Shown here piece after piece: positions 29,184 to 40,498 of a stretch of 64,000 bases of DNA; the stretch's first letter is position 1, and each line of letters starts with the position of its first letter. The stretch is from Octopus vulgaris (taxonomy: Eukaryota): contig OX597815.1 of NCBI GenBank assembly GCA_951406725.2, positions 62,124,001-62,188,000 of the forward strand, read 5' to 3'. The position numbers and the translations under genes are program-made. Below the pieces are notes generated by a model. The model ran no database searches and was not told the origin of the DNA. It saw nothing but the letters and a program-made list of their open reading frames with translations.

Positions 29184-29185
<2 letters not shown>
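28436..29185. mobile_element. Unclassified non-coding retrozyme-like element: 355-bp unit in ~1.5 tandem copies plus an inverted segment, within (TA)n
   Basis: 28648-28830 matches 29003-29185. 28436-28648 is the reverse complement of about 28929-29141. Confidence 0.7.
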
Positions 29186-29229
<44 letters not shown>

Positions 29230-29492
29230 GTTGAAACAATCGTAGTGGTTCTGAATAAAGAGTCTCGTGAATTCCGTTTACTATTTCTGACATGTTACAC
29301 ACATGCACTTGCGTGCGCGCGCACACACATACGTACGCGCGCATAGACACATATATATATATACATATGTGTGTGTGTGTGTGTGTGTATGTACTTAGGT
29401 TTCCCTATATATACACACATGAAAACATAAGGGCATGAAAGTAACGATATGTACATCTGTTTTCATACGATCCTCCGTACTGGAATGCGAAT

Positions 29493-29537
<45 letters not shown>

Positions 29538-29539
<2 letters not shown>

Positions 29540-31756
29540 GCCCCTGGCCAGATCCTAGCAGTGGATCTTTTCGCGGGCGCTTGTCAGCGTGCATTGGAGC
29601 GGTTCAACTTCTCCAGGCGCCAACGCCGCCTCAACATCTCCCCGGCTGAGCTCTTGGCTCTTCGTTCCCTCCAACGGTGCGCTGACATTATCATCAAACC
29701 GGCTGACAAGGGTGGAGCTGTAGTGGTGTGGCGCGCGGACCTCTATAGGGCCGAGGCTTTCCGCCAACTCAATGACACCTCCTTCTATTCCCCTCTGCCC
29801 TCTAACCCCACACGTAGCTACCAACAGACGGTATCCTCTACTGTCCAAGACCTCATCTCGTCCTCCCGTCTCCCCCGCACCGCATCCAACCTAATTGTGC
29901 GAACCCCACGTACCCCCACCATTTACTTCCTCCCCAAAATCCACAAACCCAACAACCCTGGCCGCCCCATCGTCTCCGCCTGTAACTGCCCCACGGAGCT
30001 CATCTCTAAATACCTCGACCGTGTCCTTGCCCCCCTAGTGGCATCTCTTCCCTCCCACATCCACGATACCAACCATGCTCTCCGGCTTTTCAACTCTTTC
30101 TCCTTTCCTCCCGGCTCCTCCAAAATCCTTTTTACTATGGACATCCAAAGCCTCTATACTGTTATCCCTCACCACGAAGGACTGCAGGCCCTTCGACACT
30201 TTCTTGACCTCCGCTCTAACCCTGTACCTGACACCTCCACACTCATTCGTCTGACCGAACTTGTCCTTACTCTGAACTGCTTCTCGTTCGCGGGCGAGTT
30301 CTACCATCAGGTCTCGGGAGTGGCCATGGGAACGCGAATGGGCCCCAACTATGCGAACCTGTTCGTTGGCTATGTTGAGGCCCAAATATTCTCTAATTTC
30401 ACTGGTCCCACTCCTGAACTATATGGTCGTTACATCGACGACATTATCGGTGCCACCTCACTCTCCCGCGAACATCTAGATTCCTTCCTCTCTTTCGTCC
30501 AATCTTTCCATCCAGCCCTCCACTTCACTTCCACTATCTCCAACACCTCTGTCTCCTTCCTCGACATTTCGGTTAGCATTCTTCACTCCACTCTTACCAC
30601 CTCCATTCACTACAAACACACAGACTCACACTCATACCTCAACTTCTCTTTCTCCCACCCAGAACACACCAAGCTTTCCATCCCCTATTCCCAATTCCTC
30701 CGTCTACATAGGCTCTGTAGTGACGACCATGACTTTGAGACTCAGTCTCAACGTATGGCTCACCACTTCACCCTACGTGGATACCCCCTCACCACTATCC
30801 ACACCGCCCTTGCCAGAGCAGGGTCCGTGGACCGTGTATCTGCTCTCTCTCCCCGAACCCACCCTGTAGTCTCCCGCCTCCCTTTTCCCCTCACTTACCA
30901 CCCCACGACCCTACGTCTCCAACGCACCATTCTTCGAGCTTTCCGTCATCTCCAGTCCGACCCGTCCACTTCACACCTCTTCCCTAACCGACCCCTCCCC
31001 TCTTTCAAACGAGCCCACAACCTTCGAGACCTTTTGGTCCATAGCTCCTTCCCTGACCCTACCTCCCAACTCGGCTCGTTCCCCTGCTCCCGCCCACGTT
31101 GCCGCACTTGCCCTTACCTCTCCAACACCACCCGCCTCACTAGCACCCACCATCGACCCTATCCCATCATCCACTCCTTCACCTGCACCTCCAGCAATAT
31201 TATCTATTGCATCTCTTGCTCTCTCTGCAATTCCTTGTACATCGGACAAACGGGACGCCGCTTGGCTGACCGGTTCGCGGAACACCTTCGTGACATCCAC
31301 CTTGCGAACGACACACCGGTCTCACGCCATTTCCGCTCCACCGGTCACTCCTTGCAACACCTATCTGTGTTCGGTTTGTCCTTACACAGAGGCCATCCGG
31401 ATTCCCGTTTGCGCCGTGAACAGGAATTAATCTTCTCTCTTCGCTCTTATACGCCATTTGGTCTCAACTCTCCCCCTCCTCATCTAACCCCCCTCTCCCC
31501 CTCCTCACCTATCCTTTCCCCCGACCCCTACTTCTTCAGTCCTTCATCCTTTCACCCCTACTCCCCTTCCCTTGTTCCCTCTTTCTCCCTCCCTCTTCCC
31601 CTTCCCTCTGCTCCCTCACTCCCTCTCTCCCCTTCTCTCTCCCCCTCTCCCTCTTTCCTCCTTCATCCCACTCCTCCCCTCCTCTCCTCTTCCCCCTCTC
31701 CTCCCCTCTTCTTCCCCTCCCCTTCTCCCCCCTCTTCTCCTCACTACACCACATGA
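29538..31756 (+). CDS. Penelope RT/GIY-YIG polyprotein, open frame lacking its native start
   Basis: ORF 29435..31756. The first ~34 aa are microsatellite flank, and the C-terminal Pro/Ser tail is read-through into the CT-rich UTR. Confidence 0.8.
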
Positions 31757-31789
31757 CTTTACACATCACATCACATATGATGTGCCATA

Positions 31790-32130
31790 CTAATACACAC
31801 ACCAACTAATACATACTAATACGTACTAATACATACTAGTACATACTAATACATACACCAACCCTATACATACACACGTCCAGACCCCGCATACGCACTT
31901 ATACTCTCTCATACACACACACACACACTTATACATACCAATACGTACTAATACATACTAATACATACTAATACATACACCAACCCCATACATACGCACG
32001 TCCAGACCAATCCTACGCACTAATACTCTCTCATACACACACACACACACACACACACCCTTATACATACTAATACATACACCAACCCTATACATACACA
32101 CATCCAGACCCCTCCTACGCACTATTAGCT
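31790..32130 (+). repeat. Minisatellite (~110-120-bp units, 3 copies) in the Penelope 3' UTR; also at 19230-19570
   Basis: Recurring caccaacccYatacatac..tccagacc units. Confidence 0.75.
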
Positions 32131-32294
32131 GGTCCCTCAACCCTTTTATCAACCCTATTATCTCCCCTTATTTCGCTCTCGCGTCTCATGTTTGATCTTT
32201 GACCTCTGGCCGAAATCAGATCGCCATGTTGATTCGTTAGCTACTGCACGCATTTTTTTCTCTCCTTCTTTCTGTGTTTTTCTCTCTCTGTGTA

Positions 32295-32332
32295 TCTTTC
32301 TGTTGAAGAGCGTAGGCTCGAAACGTTAAAGA
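32295..32332 (+). ncRNA. Minimal type I hammerhead ribozyme variant
   Basis: Identical to 19725-19762. Confidence 0.72.
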
Positions 32333-32429
32333 CTTGTCTTATTTATATTTCCTGAGCGCCATACTAATACAATTGTTCGTTTGTTTTCCACCTGCCTTCG
32401 TCTTTTGTTTATTTTCATAAAGCTTCCCG

Positions 32430-32469
<40 letters not shown>

Positions 32470-32472
32470 ACA

Positions 32473-32574
32473 GACGCAGGCGTAGCTGTGTGGTAAGAAG
32501 CTTGTTTCTCAAGCACATGTTTCCAGGTTCAGTGCCATTGCGCGGTACCTTGAGCAAATGTCTTCTACAAAGAC
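32473..32574 (+). mobile_element. SINE family A head, interrupted by a TIR element and resuming at ~33715-33745
   Basis: tagctgtgtggtaag..ggttcagtgcc head; continues as tgtgagtagatttcgtggacggaaactga. Confidence 0.65.
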
Positions 32575-33708
32575 GGGACCTTTTCATTTTTGAAGCCAGT
32601 TTTTTCAAATTTTTCCTACTGAACCAAACAATTTGAAACTTCGTATACTGGTAGAATGTGTCAAAAGTAAACTTAATTGTAAACCAGAATGAAAACGGAA
32701 TTGTAACTTCTAAGTTTAACATTGTTTAATAATTAGAATTTAACCAATGGTATTCCATCTTTCGGCTTCATATTATTTACTCCGTCTCGACCACCAATTT
32801 GGTGACGTAGTAAACATATGGTATGTAAACAAATGTAAACAAAACAATAACGATGAAATTTTTTACTCGGTGTATGTGTATATGTATGAATGTATGTATG
32901 TATGAATGTATGTATGTATGTGTGTATGTATCTATGTATGTGTGTGTGTGTGTGTGTATGTGTGTGTATGTATGTGTGTGTATGTATGTATGGCCGATTC
33001 GGTGTTTAGTTTTTTCGAGTGAATACTCGGTGTATGTGTATCTGTATGTATGTGTGTGCATGTGTGTGTGTGTGTATGTATCTATGTATGTGTGTGTGTA
33101 TGTGTGTGTATGTATGTGTGTGTGTGTATGTATGTATGTATGTATGTATGGCCGATTCAGTGTTTAGTTTTTTTCGAGTGAATACTCGGTGTATGTGTAT
33201 CTGTATGTATGTGTGTGTGTGTATGTATCTATGTATGTATGTGTGTGTATGTGTGTGTGTGTGTATGTATCTATGTATGTGTGTGTATGTATGTGTGTGT
33301 GTGTGTATATATGTGTGTGTGTGTGTGTCACACATGTATGTATGGCCGATTCAGTGTTTAGTTTTTTCGAGTGAATACTCGGTGTATGTGTATCTGTATG
33401 TATGTGTGTGTGTGTGTGTATGTATCTATGTATGTTAGCCTCAAATGTGCACAGTTGCCTACGTCACAAAACTGCTCTCTACGTCACACTAACAGAATGC
33501 AGTAACGTATTAAATATGAAAACAAGCAATCTCATTGGTTAAAATTCGCAGTTTTAATCTACGATTAAAGTCATAAAATAGATTTTTCTCAAATAAACTA
33601 GTTCCAACCTGTGTCTTGTTTTGAAACACTGTACCAGCATACGAAGTTTCAAATTATTTAGTTAAGTAGAAAGATCTGGGCTCCTGGCCACACAATTGAA
33701 AAGATCCC
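32575..33708. mobile_element. Non-autonomous TIR DNA transposon with a 6-bp TSD (AAAGAC)
   Basis: GGGACCTTTTCA../..TGAAAAGATCCC termini and the subterminal inverted block tttgaaacttcgtatactggta / taccagcatacgaagtttcaaa. AAAGAC at 32569-32574 and 33709-33714. Confidence 0.75.
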
Positions 33709-33879
33709 AAAGACGTGTGAGTAGATTTCGTGGACGGAAACTGATAGTACTCCATGCAAAGAGTCAATTGTGGCGATGTTATATTTCTAATTTCGCGCAT
33801 GCGCATGGTTTTATTTTAGATTTTATTTTAGCTGACACAGTATAACAGAGTCAGCTGGGTATCGTCTTTGAGAAAAACA

Positions 33880-34465
33880 GCACCATGACGCAATTCACTC
33901 TGTCAGAGATTTGGAAACGACGTGCTGTACTGCTTGGTATTCGCACCGGAAGGTCTAATACGAGCATTTCAGAGTGTTTGGGTGTCAACCTGGATAATTC
34001 CGAAAGAGTCGGATGAGTCTAATGGTGATTACGAAGTCAACATCACGGTGTTTGATGTGATCACTAGCGATAGCGATGTTATGCCTCCATTTATCTTCCA
34101 ACACGGCCTTAGACTAAACACGGCGGCCTACATTTAGTGCTTCGAGGAGGTAGTGGTGCCCTGGGTAAAGAGGGTGGCCACTGGAAGACACTATGACTGG
34201 CAACAAGATTTTGCACCATGCAACACAAGCAGGAAAACCCAGTCATGGCTGTCAGACAATTTCTGCGACTACACCACCACTAAAATCTGGCCACCTAACT
34301 CCCCAGACTGCAACCCCCATAATTATTATGTGTGGGGTGCAGTTGAACGAGAGACCTACAAAACTCCTTTTAACACCAAAGATGAACCAAAGGCAAAGAT
34401 TACAGCAGCATTCACTAACTTAAACAAGGAGAGCGTCTAGAAAAGTTGCTGGAGATTCAGAAGTC
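33880..34465 (+). pseudogene. Tc1/mariner transposase remnant with DD37D (maT-like) spacing
   Basis: MPPFIF..WQQDFAPC..WPPNSPDCNPHNYYVWG. There are 37 residues between the second D and the third catalytic position, which is N here. Confidence 0.8.
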
Positions 34466-34740
34466 CCGGGTTCAGTCCCACTGTGTGGTGACTTGGAATG
34501 TGTATTCTGCTATAGCCTCAGACCAACCAAAGCCTTGTCAGTGGATTTTGTAGACAGAAACTGAAAGAAATCAATCGTATATATATGTATGTATATATTT
34601 AAGTGTATGTGTATGACTTTGTTTCTGTATTTCATCCTCATCACTACTTCACAACTGCTTTTCGTTTATCTACATCCCCATAACTTACTGGTTTCACAAG
34701 AAGAAACTAATAGAATAAGTACCAGTCTTATCAACATAAA
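34466..34740 (+). mobile_element. SINE family A copy (decayed)
   Basis: gggttcagtcccactg..aaagccttgtcagtggattttgtagacagaaactgaaagaa. Confidence 0.6.
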
Positions 34741-34809
34741 AAAGCACTACGCTGTGTCTCATATTTTTGTTTGCCCACTCAGTTGTATCTGTCAATTTAT
34801 CTTTGTGTG

Positions 34810-34865
<56 letters not shown>

Positions 34866-34902
34866 CACATATATATATATACATGTATGTATATGTGTAC
34901 AT

Positions 34903-36277
34903 TCATATTTATTATATCAAAAACAATGTCTTTATGTGTTCGTGTATTATTTATACATTCGAAAACTGCTGCACCGATCATAATGAAATTTGGAACACAA
35001 AATCGAAGCCTAGGGAGAAGGGTAATGCTGTGTGTTTCATACGATTTCATGGACCAAAGTTACTGAATGGATCCTTATGATATTTGAAACCTAGATTCAA
35101 TGCATAAGGGCGGGTATAATGCCATATGTTTGGTTTGAATTTCAGATGGCTTAAAGGGGGCAGAACCCCCTACGAAAATTCAGAAATTGTTGATGAAATT
35201 TCAACCATGGGTAATTGACACACATCAAGAAGTATTCTCAAAGTTTCCACTTCACATGAGGATTCTAAGACACCCTAATGGGGGCCTTAACTCCCAAATT
35301 TTAGTGATTTCTTTTAGGATCCAAAACCAAGTCAAAAGTACTGAATGGATCATTACGAAATTTGGAAATTATATTCTATGCATAAGGGCCACAACCCCCA
35401 TGACAATTCATATATTTTTGCTGTTGATGAAACTTTAACCATACATATTAGATACAAATGAAGTCATATTTATAAAATTTCATCTTCTTACTAGTTAGAA
35501 AGACCCCTTCATGGGGAATTAACACCCACAATTTTGTCATTTTATCTAAGCAAAGACGAATAGTTGTACTCTTGGAAACTGTGGGGTCATCCGAGCATAG
35601 AAGATGAGCATTATTTGTAATTCAATGGTACAACAGTGTAAGAGTTTGCTTTGACATACACTTAGATTATGATTTCTGCAATGTGCTGCATAAATTTTCA
35701 AGTAAATGAGAGGCATCTTTGCCTCCACTGATTCAGCTGCAAAGTGTTGAGTAAAGTTATTTGATTGCTGACCTCCTTTCACTCTTTTTATTATCACTGG
35801 GTCATACATAGTCCCCAGATGGTAACATTGATTTCAAGGCCTTCCCAGATGAGTGACTGGTTATTCAAAGACATTTATAGATTGTAAATTTATTCTGTCC
35901 TGTTACGTATCAGTATAGTGGTCATTTGCAAACTCCAACTTTAATTTCTCCTTAGCCCTCACGTCACACAGTTGTTAATGTTTATTTCAGTTGGGTCACG
36001 CGCCCTTCCAATTGCTATAGTTTCGTAATGCATCTTACGGCTGTGCTTGTCACCTGCATGGTGAGGAATACTACATTGGGAGTGGTACCGACTAGGGTAC
36101 TGTAGCTGACTGCTTATTGTGATTATTCGTTTGGGTGTGTAAAGAGGGAAATAACCCTCATCTGCAATTTTGATGAAATTCGAAACATAGGTATTCCAGT
36201 TCATTACAGAAAATATAACAGAAAAGTCTAATTCTTCAATTGTATGTAACTCGAGCAACGCCGGGTAACTCTGCTAG
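34903..36277 (+). mobile_element. Non-autonomous Helitron (5' boundary uncertain)
   Basis: 3' hairpin ctcgagcaacgccggg and CTAG|T at 36250-36278, the same as the 16766 element. Internal atgaaattt repeats. Confidence 0.6.
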
Positions 36278-36355
<78 letters not shown>

Positions 36356-36663
36356 CATACATACATATATGCCTAAATATATACTTAATATATATATGTG
36401 CATATATACAGATTTATACACATATGTATGTATGTATATATATACATATATAAGTATACATACTTGTGCATATACCAATCTTTTTATATACATATAGACA
36501 TATATATGTGTGTACACAGAAGTATACGTATGCAGACATCCATGTACACATGCACGATCACATGCATACACACATATATTGGCTGTGTGACGGTAGAGTG
36601 ATAGATAGAGAGCTAAATTGATACCGATAGATATCAAAGTAAGTATATTATAGATAAAACTAT

Positions 36664-36715
<52 letters not shown>

Positions 36716-36751
36716 TATACATATACATACGTACACATGCATACATACAGC

Positions 36752-36850
<99 letters not shown>

Positions 36851-37080
36851 TTATATATACTGAAGATAATGGAAAAAATATTTAAAAAGAACGTGACATA
36901 CAAAATTGCGCTTGATTGTCTAGGCTGGAAATTGGCCAGACATTTTGTTTTTTTGTTTTCTCTCTTGTTCTAAATCTAAATGTCTGTCTCTAGAACATCC
37001 AATTTCTCATCTTTATTTCTTTCTCTTTTTACTCTCTTTCACTCACTCTCTAAAAACAATATACATATTTATCAATCTAT

Positions 37081-37182
<102 letters not shown>

Positions 37183-37499
37183 GTCTGTCTGTGTGTCTGC
37201 CTGCATTTCTGTTTGTCTGTCCGTCATCTTTATTTATTTTCCATGTATGTCGTTGAGCAAATTCACTCACGCGGTATTGCTCGGCCCGCATTTAAAATTG
37301 AAGGTACTTGCCCAAGGTGCTGCGGAGTTGGACTGAACACTGAACAACGTGATTGCAAAGTTTGCTTCTTAATCACTCAGGTATTCCTGCACCTTGAATA
37401 TAGTATTATATTTATGTCTATGTACATGTATATAAGTATGTAAGTATGTTTATATGCTTACATACATATAAACGTGTGTGTATGTATGTGTATATGTAT

Positions 37500-37550
<51 letters not shown>

Positions 37551-38106
37551 CAGAGAAAGAGAGTTATGTAAACATATGCATATGTATATTTTTATGTATA
37601 TGTATGTATGTGTATATTTATATATATGTGTACATATATGTGTAAATAGTTGAGGTATGTTCTGTTAAGAATGTATAAGAGAACAAATGGATGTAGTAGC
37701 ATGGAAATCTAGATTTGCTTACGGAGATAGCAACTGAGTATCTCCTGAGGGGATACATATAGATCTTCTTATACACGTAAATCATTAAATAATTTAATTT
37801 AAACTTAACATTAAATCCTGCATATACAAGGATCTGTATGTATCGAAACGTTTGCTGCGATTAAAAAGATGCCCAACCGTACTTACTCCTCTTTTTGACT
37901 CTTACTTTTTACTTTTCAATTTTTAGTTTTTATGTGTAAATATATAAATATGTAATCGTCACTAAATGTGACTGGGGTGTTATAAACACCTACATTGCTA
38001 GAAATAAGAGCTAAAATGCGCTAATGCTGTAGTGAAAGCACACAATTATATACATATATATTGACAGGACTGTAATCGTCCGAAAATACCGTTCGAGAAT
38101 TCTTTA

Positions 38107-38150
38107 CTTTGACGGTCAGTTTCGGTAACTCCCGTTGCCTCATCAGTAAG
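38107..38150 (-). ncRNA. Type I hammerhead ribozyme with canonical core
   Basis: CUUA-CUGAUGA-GGCAAC(GGGA)GUUACC-GAAA-C(UGACC)GUC-AAAG. Confidence 0.8.
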
Positions 38151-38911
38151 GACTGGCTCGATTTCGGCAGATTCCAGACTTAATTCTCTGTCAGTATATA
38201 TATTTTCCTCATAGAAATCCATGGTTGATTTAGCCAATCGCTAATGTGTATAAAGAAAATTAATGTAGACAGCAGTTTGCAAAGGAAAACTATAGTGACT
38301 TTTCGTGACGACCATAGTTTTCCTATGAGAAAGAGGTACTAATAGTTTCATGTTTCTAATTATAAAGCAGTTGAGTAAGATTTGAAGCCGATTCGGCTGC
38401 TATTTTTTTTTTACCAAATCGAGCCACGACACAGAGGCTAACCCTTAGCAGATACATGTTAAGAGTCATGCAGCCCGCTGCTCCTCTGTCTGTAGAAACT
38501 TATCACATTACTATTACAACTGTATGTAATGGTAGTATAAACAGCGGCAGCATTATAGTAGTAGTAGTAGTACTTTTGCTGTTGTTTTTGTTAATGTTGT
38601 AATAATGATTTCTCCCGTTGGCAGAGGTCCACAAGCCAGAGAATAATTTCATAGAGTAGAGAGAAAGTCAAAGTAAGAAAAATCTGAACCTAAGATGGGG
38701 TTGGTGTGTGGGATAAGGACCAGAAAAAAAACACGAAAAAACAACAAAGAAAAAGTAAATAAAAGGAAAGTAATCATCTTTTCTGGCTGGCCACCAGCCG
38801 CGCCCCTGTATCAACATTAGCTGCAACCATTAATACGATTCCTCTTGACACTATCGCTACCTGCAAGCATACATATATACATACATATATACATACATGC
38901 AAACATACACA

Positions 38912-38974
<63 letters not shown>

Positions 38975-39091
38975 TAGGTGAGTGGACACACGAAAGAAAG
39001 AAACACTCGACTTATTGAGTAGAAGTTACATATACTATTATTTGAAACAGTTTGATTCGGCTGCTTAAACTTTCGGGCTTAGGTAACCAAG

Positions 39092-39162
<71 letters not shown>

Positions 39163-40400
39163 GGGTATGCCATGGTTGATGATGCGCAGACACGCGCTGA
39201 GACTGCGACATCTCCGGCTCTATGTAGACGACGGTGAACAGGTGTGGTCGCCGTTTGTGAGGCACGCGTTCCCGCAGCTCGTCTCCATGACCGAACTGCA
39301 GTCGTGGATCAAAAAGAGGCCGAGGAAGGGCGAATGGCACCGCGATTGTCGCGTTGCTCTCAAGCAACTCTGCCGTCCCGGGTCGACCTTGAGTGACTTC
39401 AACACGACCAAAGCATTCTATAGGGGATTAGTGGAGGGGAGGTACGACGACGAACTTGGGGCAAACCTGGGCGTCGACGAGGAATACCTGACCCGCCTGT
39501 TCAGGACGACTTTCGGGCCGGGACCTATGGACAACTTCCAGAGATCCCTGGCCTGGTGGTGCTACCGAGAAGCGCTACCCGTTCGGGATAAGCTCTATAG
39601 GCATGGCTCGAGAAACGGGGCCGACCTGCCCGAGATGCGGGCAGAGCGACGAAACCGTTCTGCACGCAATCGTGCAGTGTCCAACAATCTCCGACCTGTG
39701 GGCATATGTCGAACAACTGCTGTCACGTGTGGGACGTGTCAGTTTATCAGCCGAGTCTGTCGTTAATATCGTCACGCCTCCTTCCTTCAAACGGGAAGGA
39801 AGAGCTATTTTTATCATCCTTGTGGCTATGGCGAAAGAATGTATCTGGTGGACGCGCTTGAAAAGATTAGAGACAAACACTTTCCTCTCTGGTCAATCTC
39901 TCATCAACTTCTTCAAGTATCACTTGAAGAGGAAAGTGAGAGTAGAGAGGCAGGTTTTGTCTAGTGAATGTTTTAAAAACTGATGGGTGAATGTAGCAAG
40001 GATGGCACGTATGAATGACGAAGCCACCTTGACTATGATTCTATGAACCGTAAAAATTAATACAGAGAGTTGCTTATTTGCAAAAAAAAAGAAATATAAC
40101 ATATGACTTCATTGACCGAGGTTACCGTGGTCTTTTCCGTAGGCTTTTCTTTCCACGGGTAAACCTCAACTGTCCTCCCCTTTACACTTCATATTGACAT
40201 TTCTGTGATAACGATCCCTATTGATCAAATTTTTTTCCTTCCCCCCACCTTTTTTTAAAAATTATATCCCCCCCTTATTTTGTCCTCTTTCTTTCCATTT
40301 ACGATCCCTTTTGATCGAAAACCAAACCCCCTTCTTTTACCTCCAAAAGAAAAGCTCCACCTTGTAATTTTGTCCTGTCTGTGTGCAGCCCTGTGTGGCA
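39163..40400 (+). mobile_element. 5'-truncated Tx1/L1-clade LINE copy within (TCTA)n
   Basis: Highly similar to 42930-43980; CCHC motif CPRC..ETVLHAIVQC. Confidence 0.9.
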
Positions 40401-40401
40401 A

Positions 40402-40493
<92 letters not shown>

Positions 40494-40498
40494 GTCTG

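Larger units (their letters stand above)
29538..32431 (+). mobile_element. Neptune-like Penelope retroelement (5'-truncated), flanked by (TA)n on both sides
   Basis: KPADKGGAVVV, YFLPKIHK..PGRPIVS, MDIQSLYT, GVAMGT, RYIDD, FLD, linker CSRPRCRTC, GIY-YIG (IIYCISCSLCNSLYIGQTGRRLADRFAEH..E..PFGLN). Confidence 0.95.

Noticed and set aside
32991-33390. CRISPR-like repeat/spacer pattern with a palindromic repeat
   Set aside because: The spacers are microsatellites of unequal length, there are only three units, no cas genes are present, and the array lies inside a eukaryotic TIR element.
38770-38985. Possible host exon (AG|GTGAGT at ~38976); also a possible micro-exon near 47518-47545
   Set aside because: These are isolated splice-like motifs without a coherent coding frame or partner exons.
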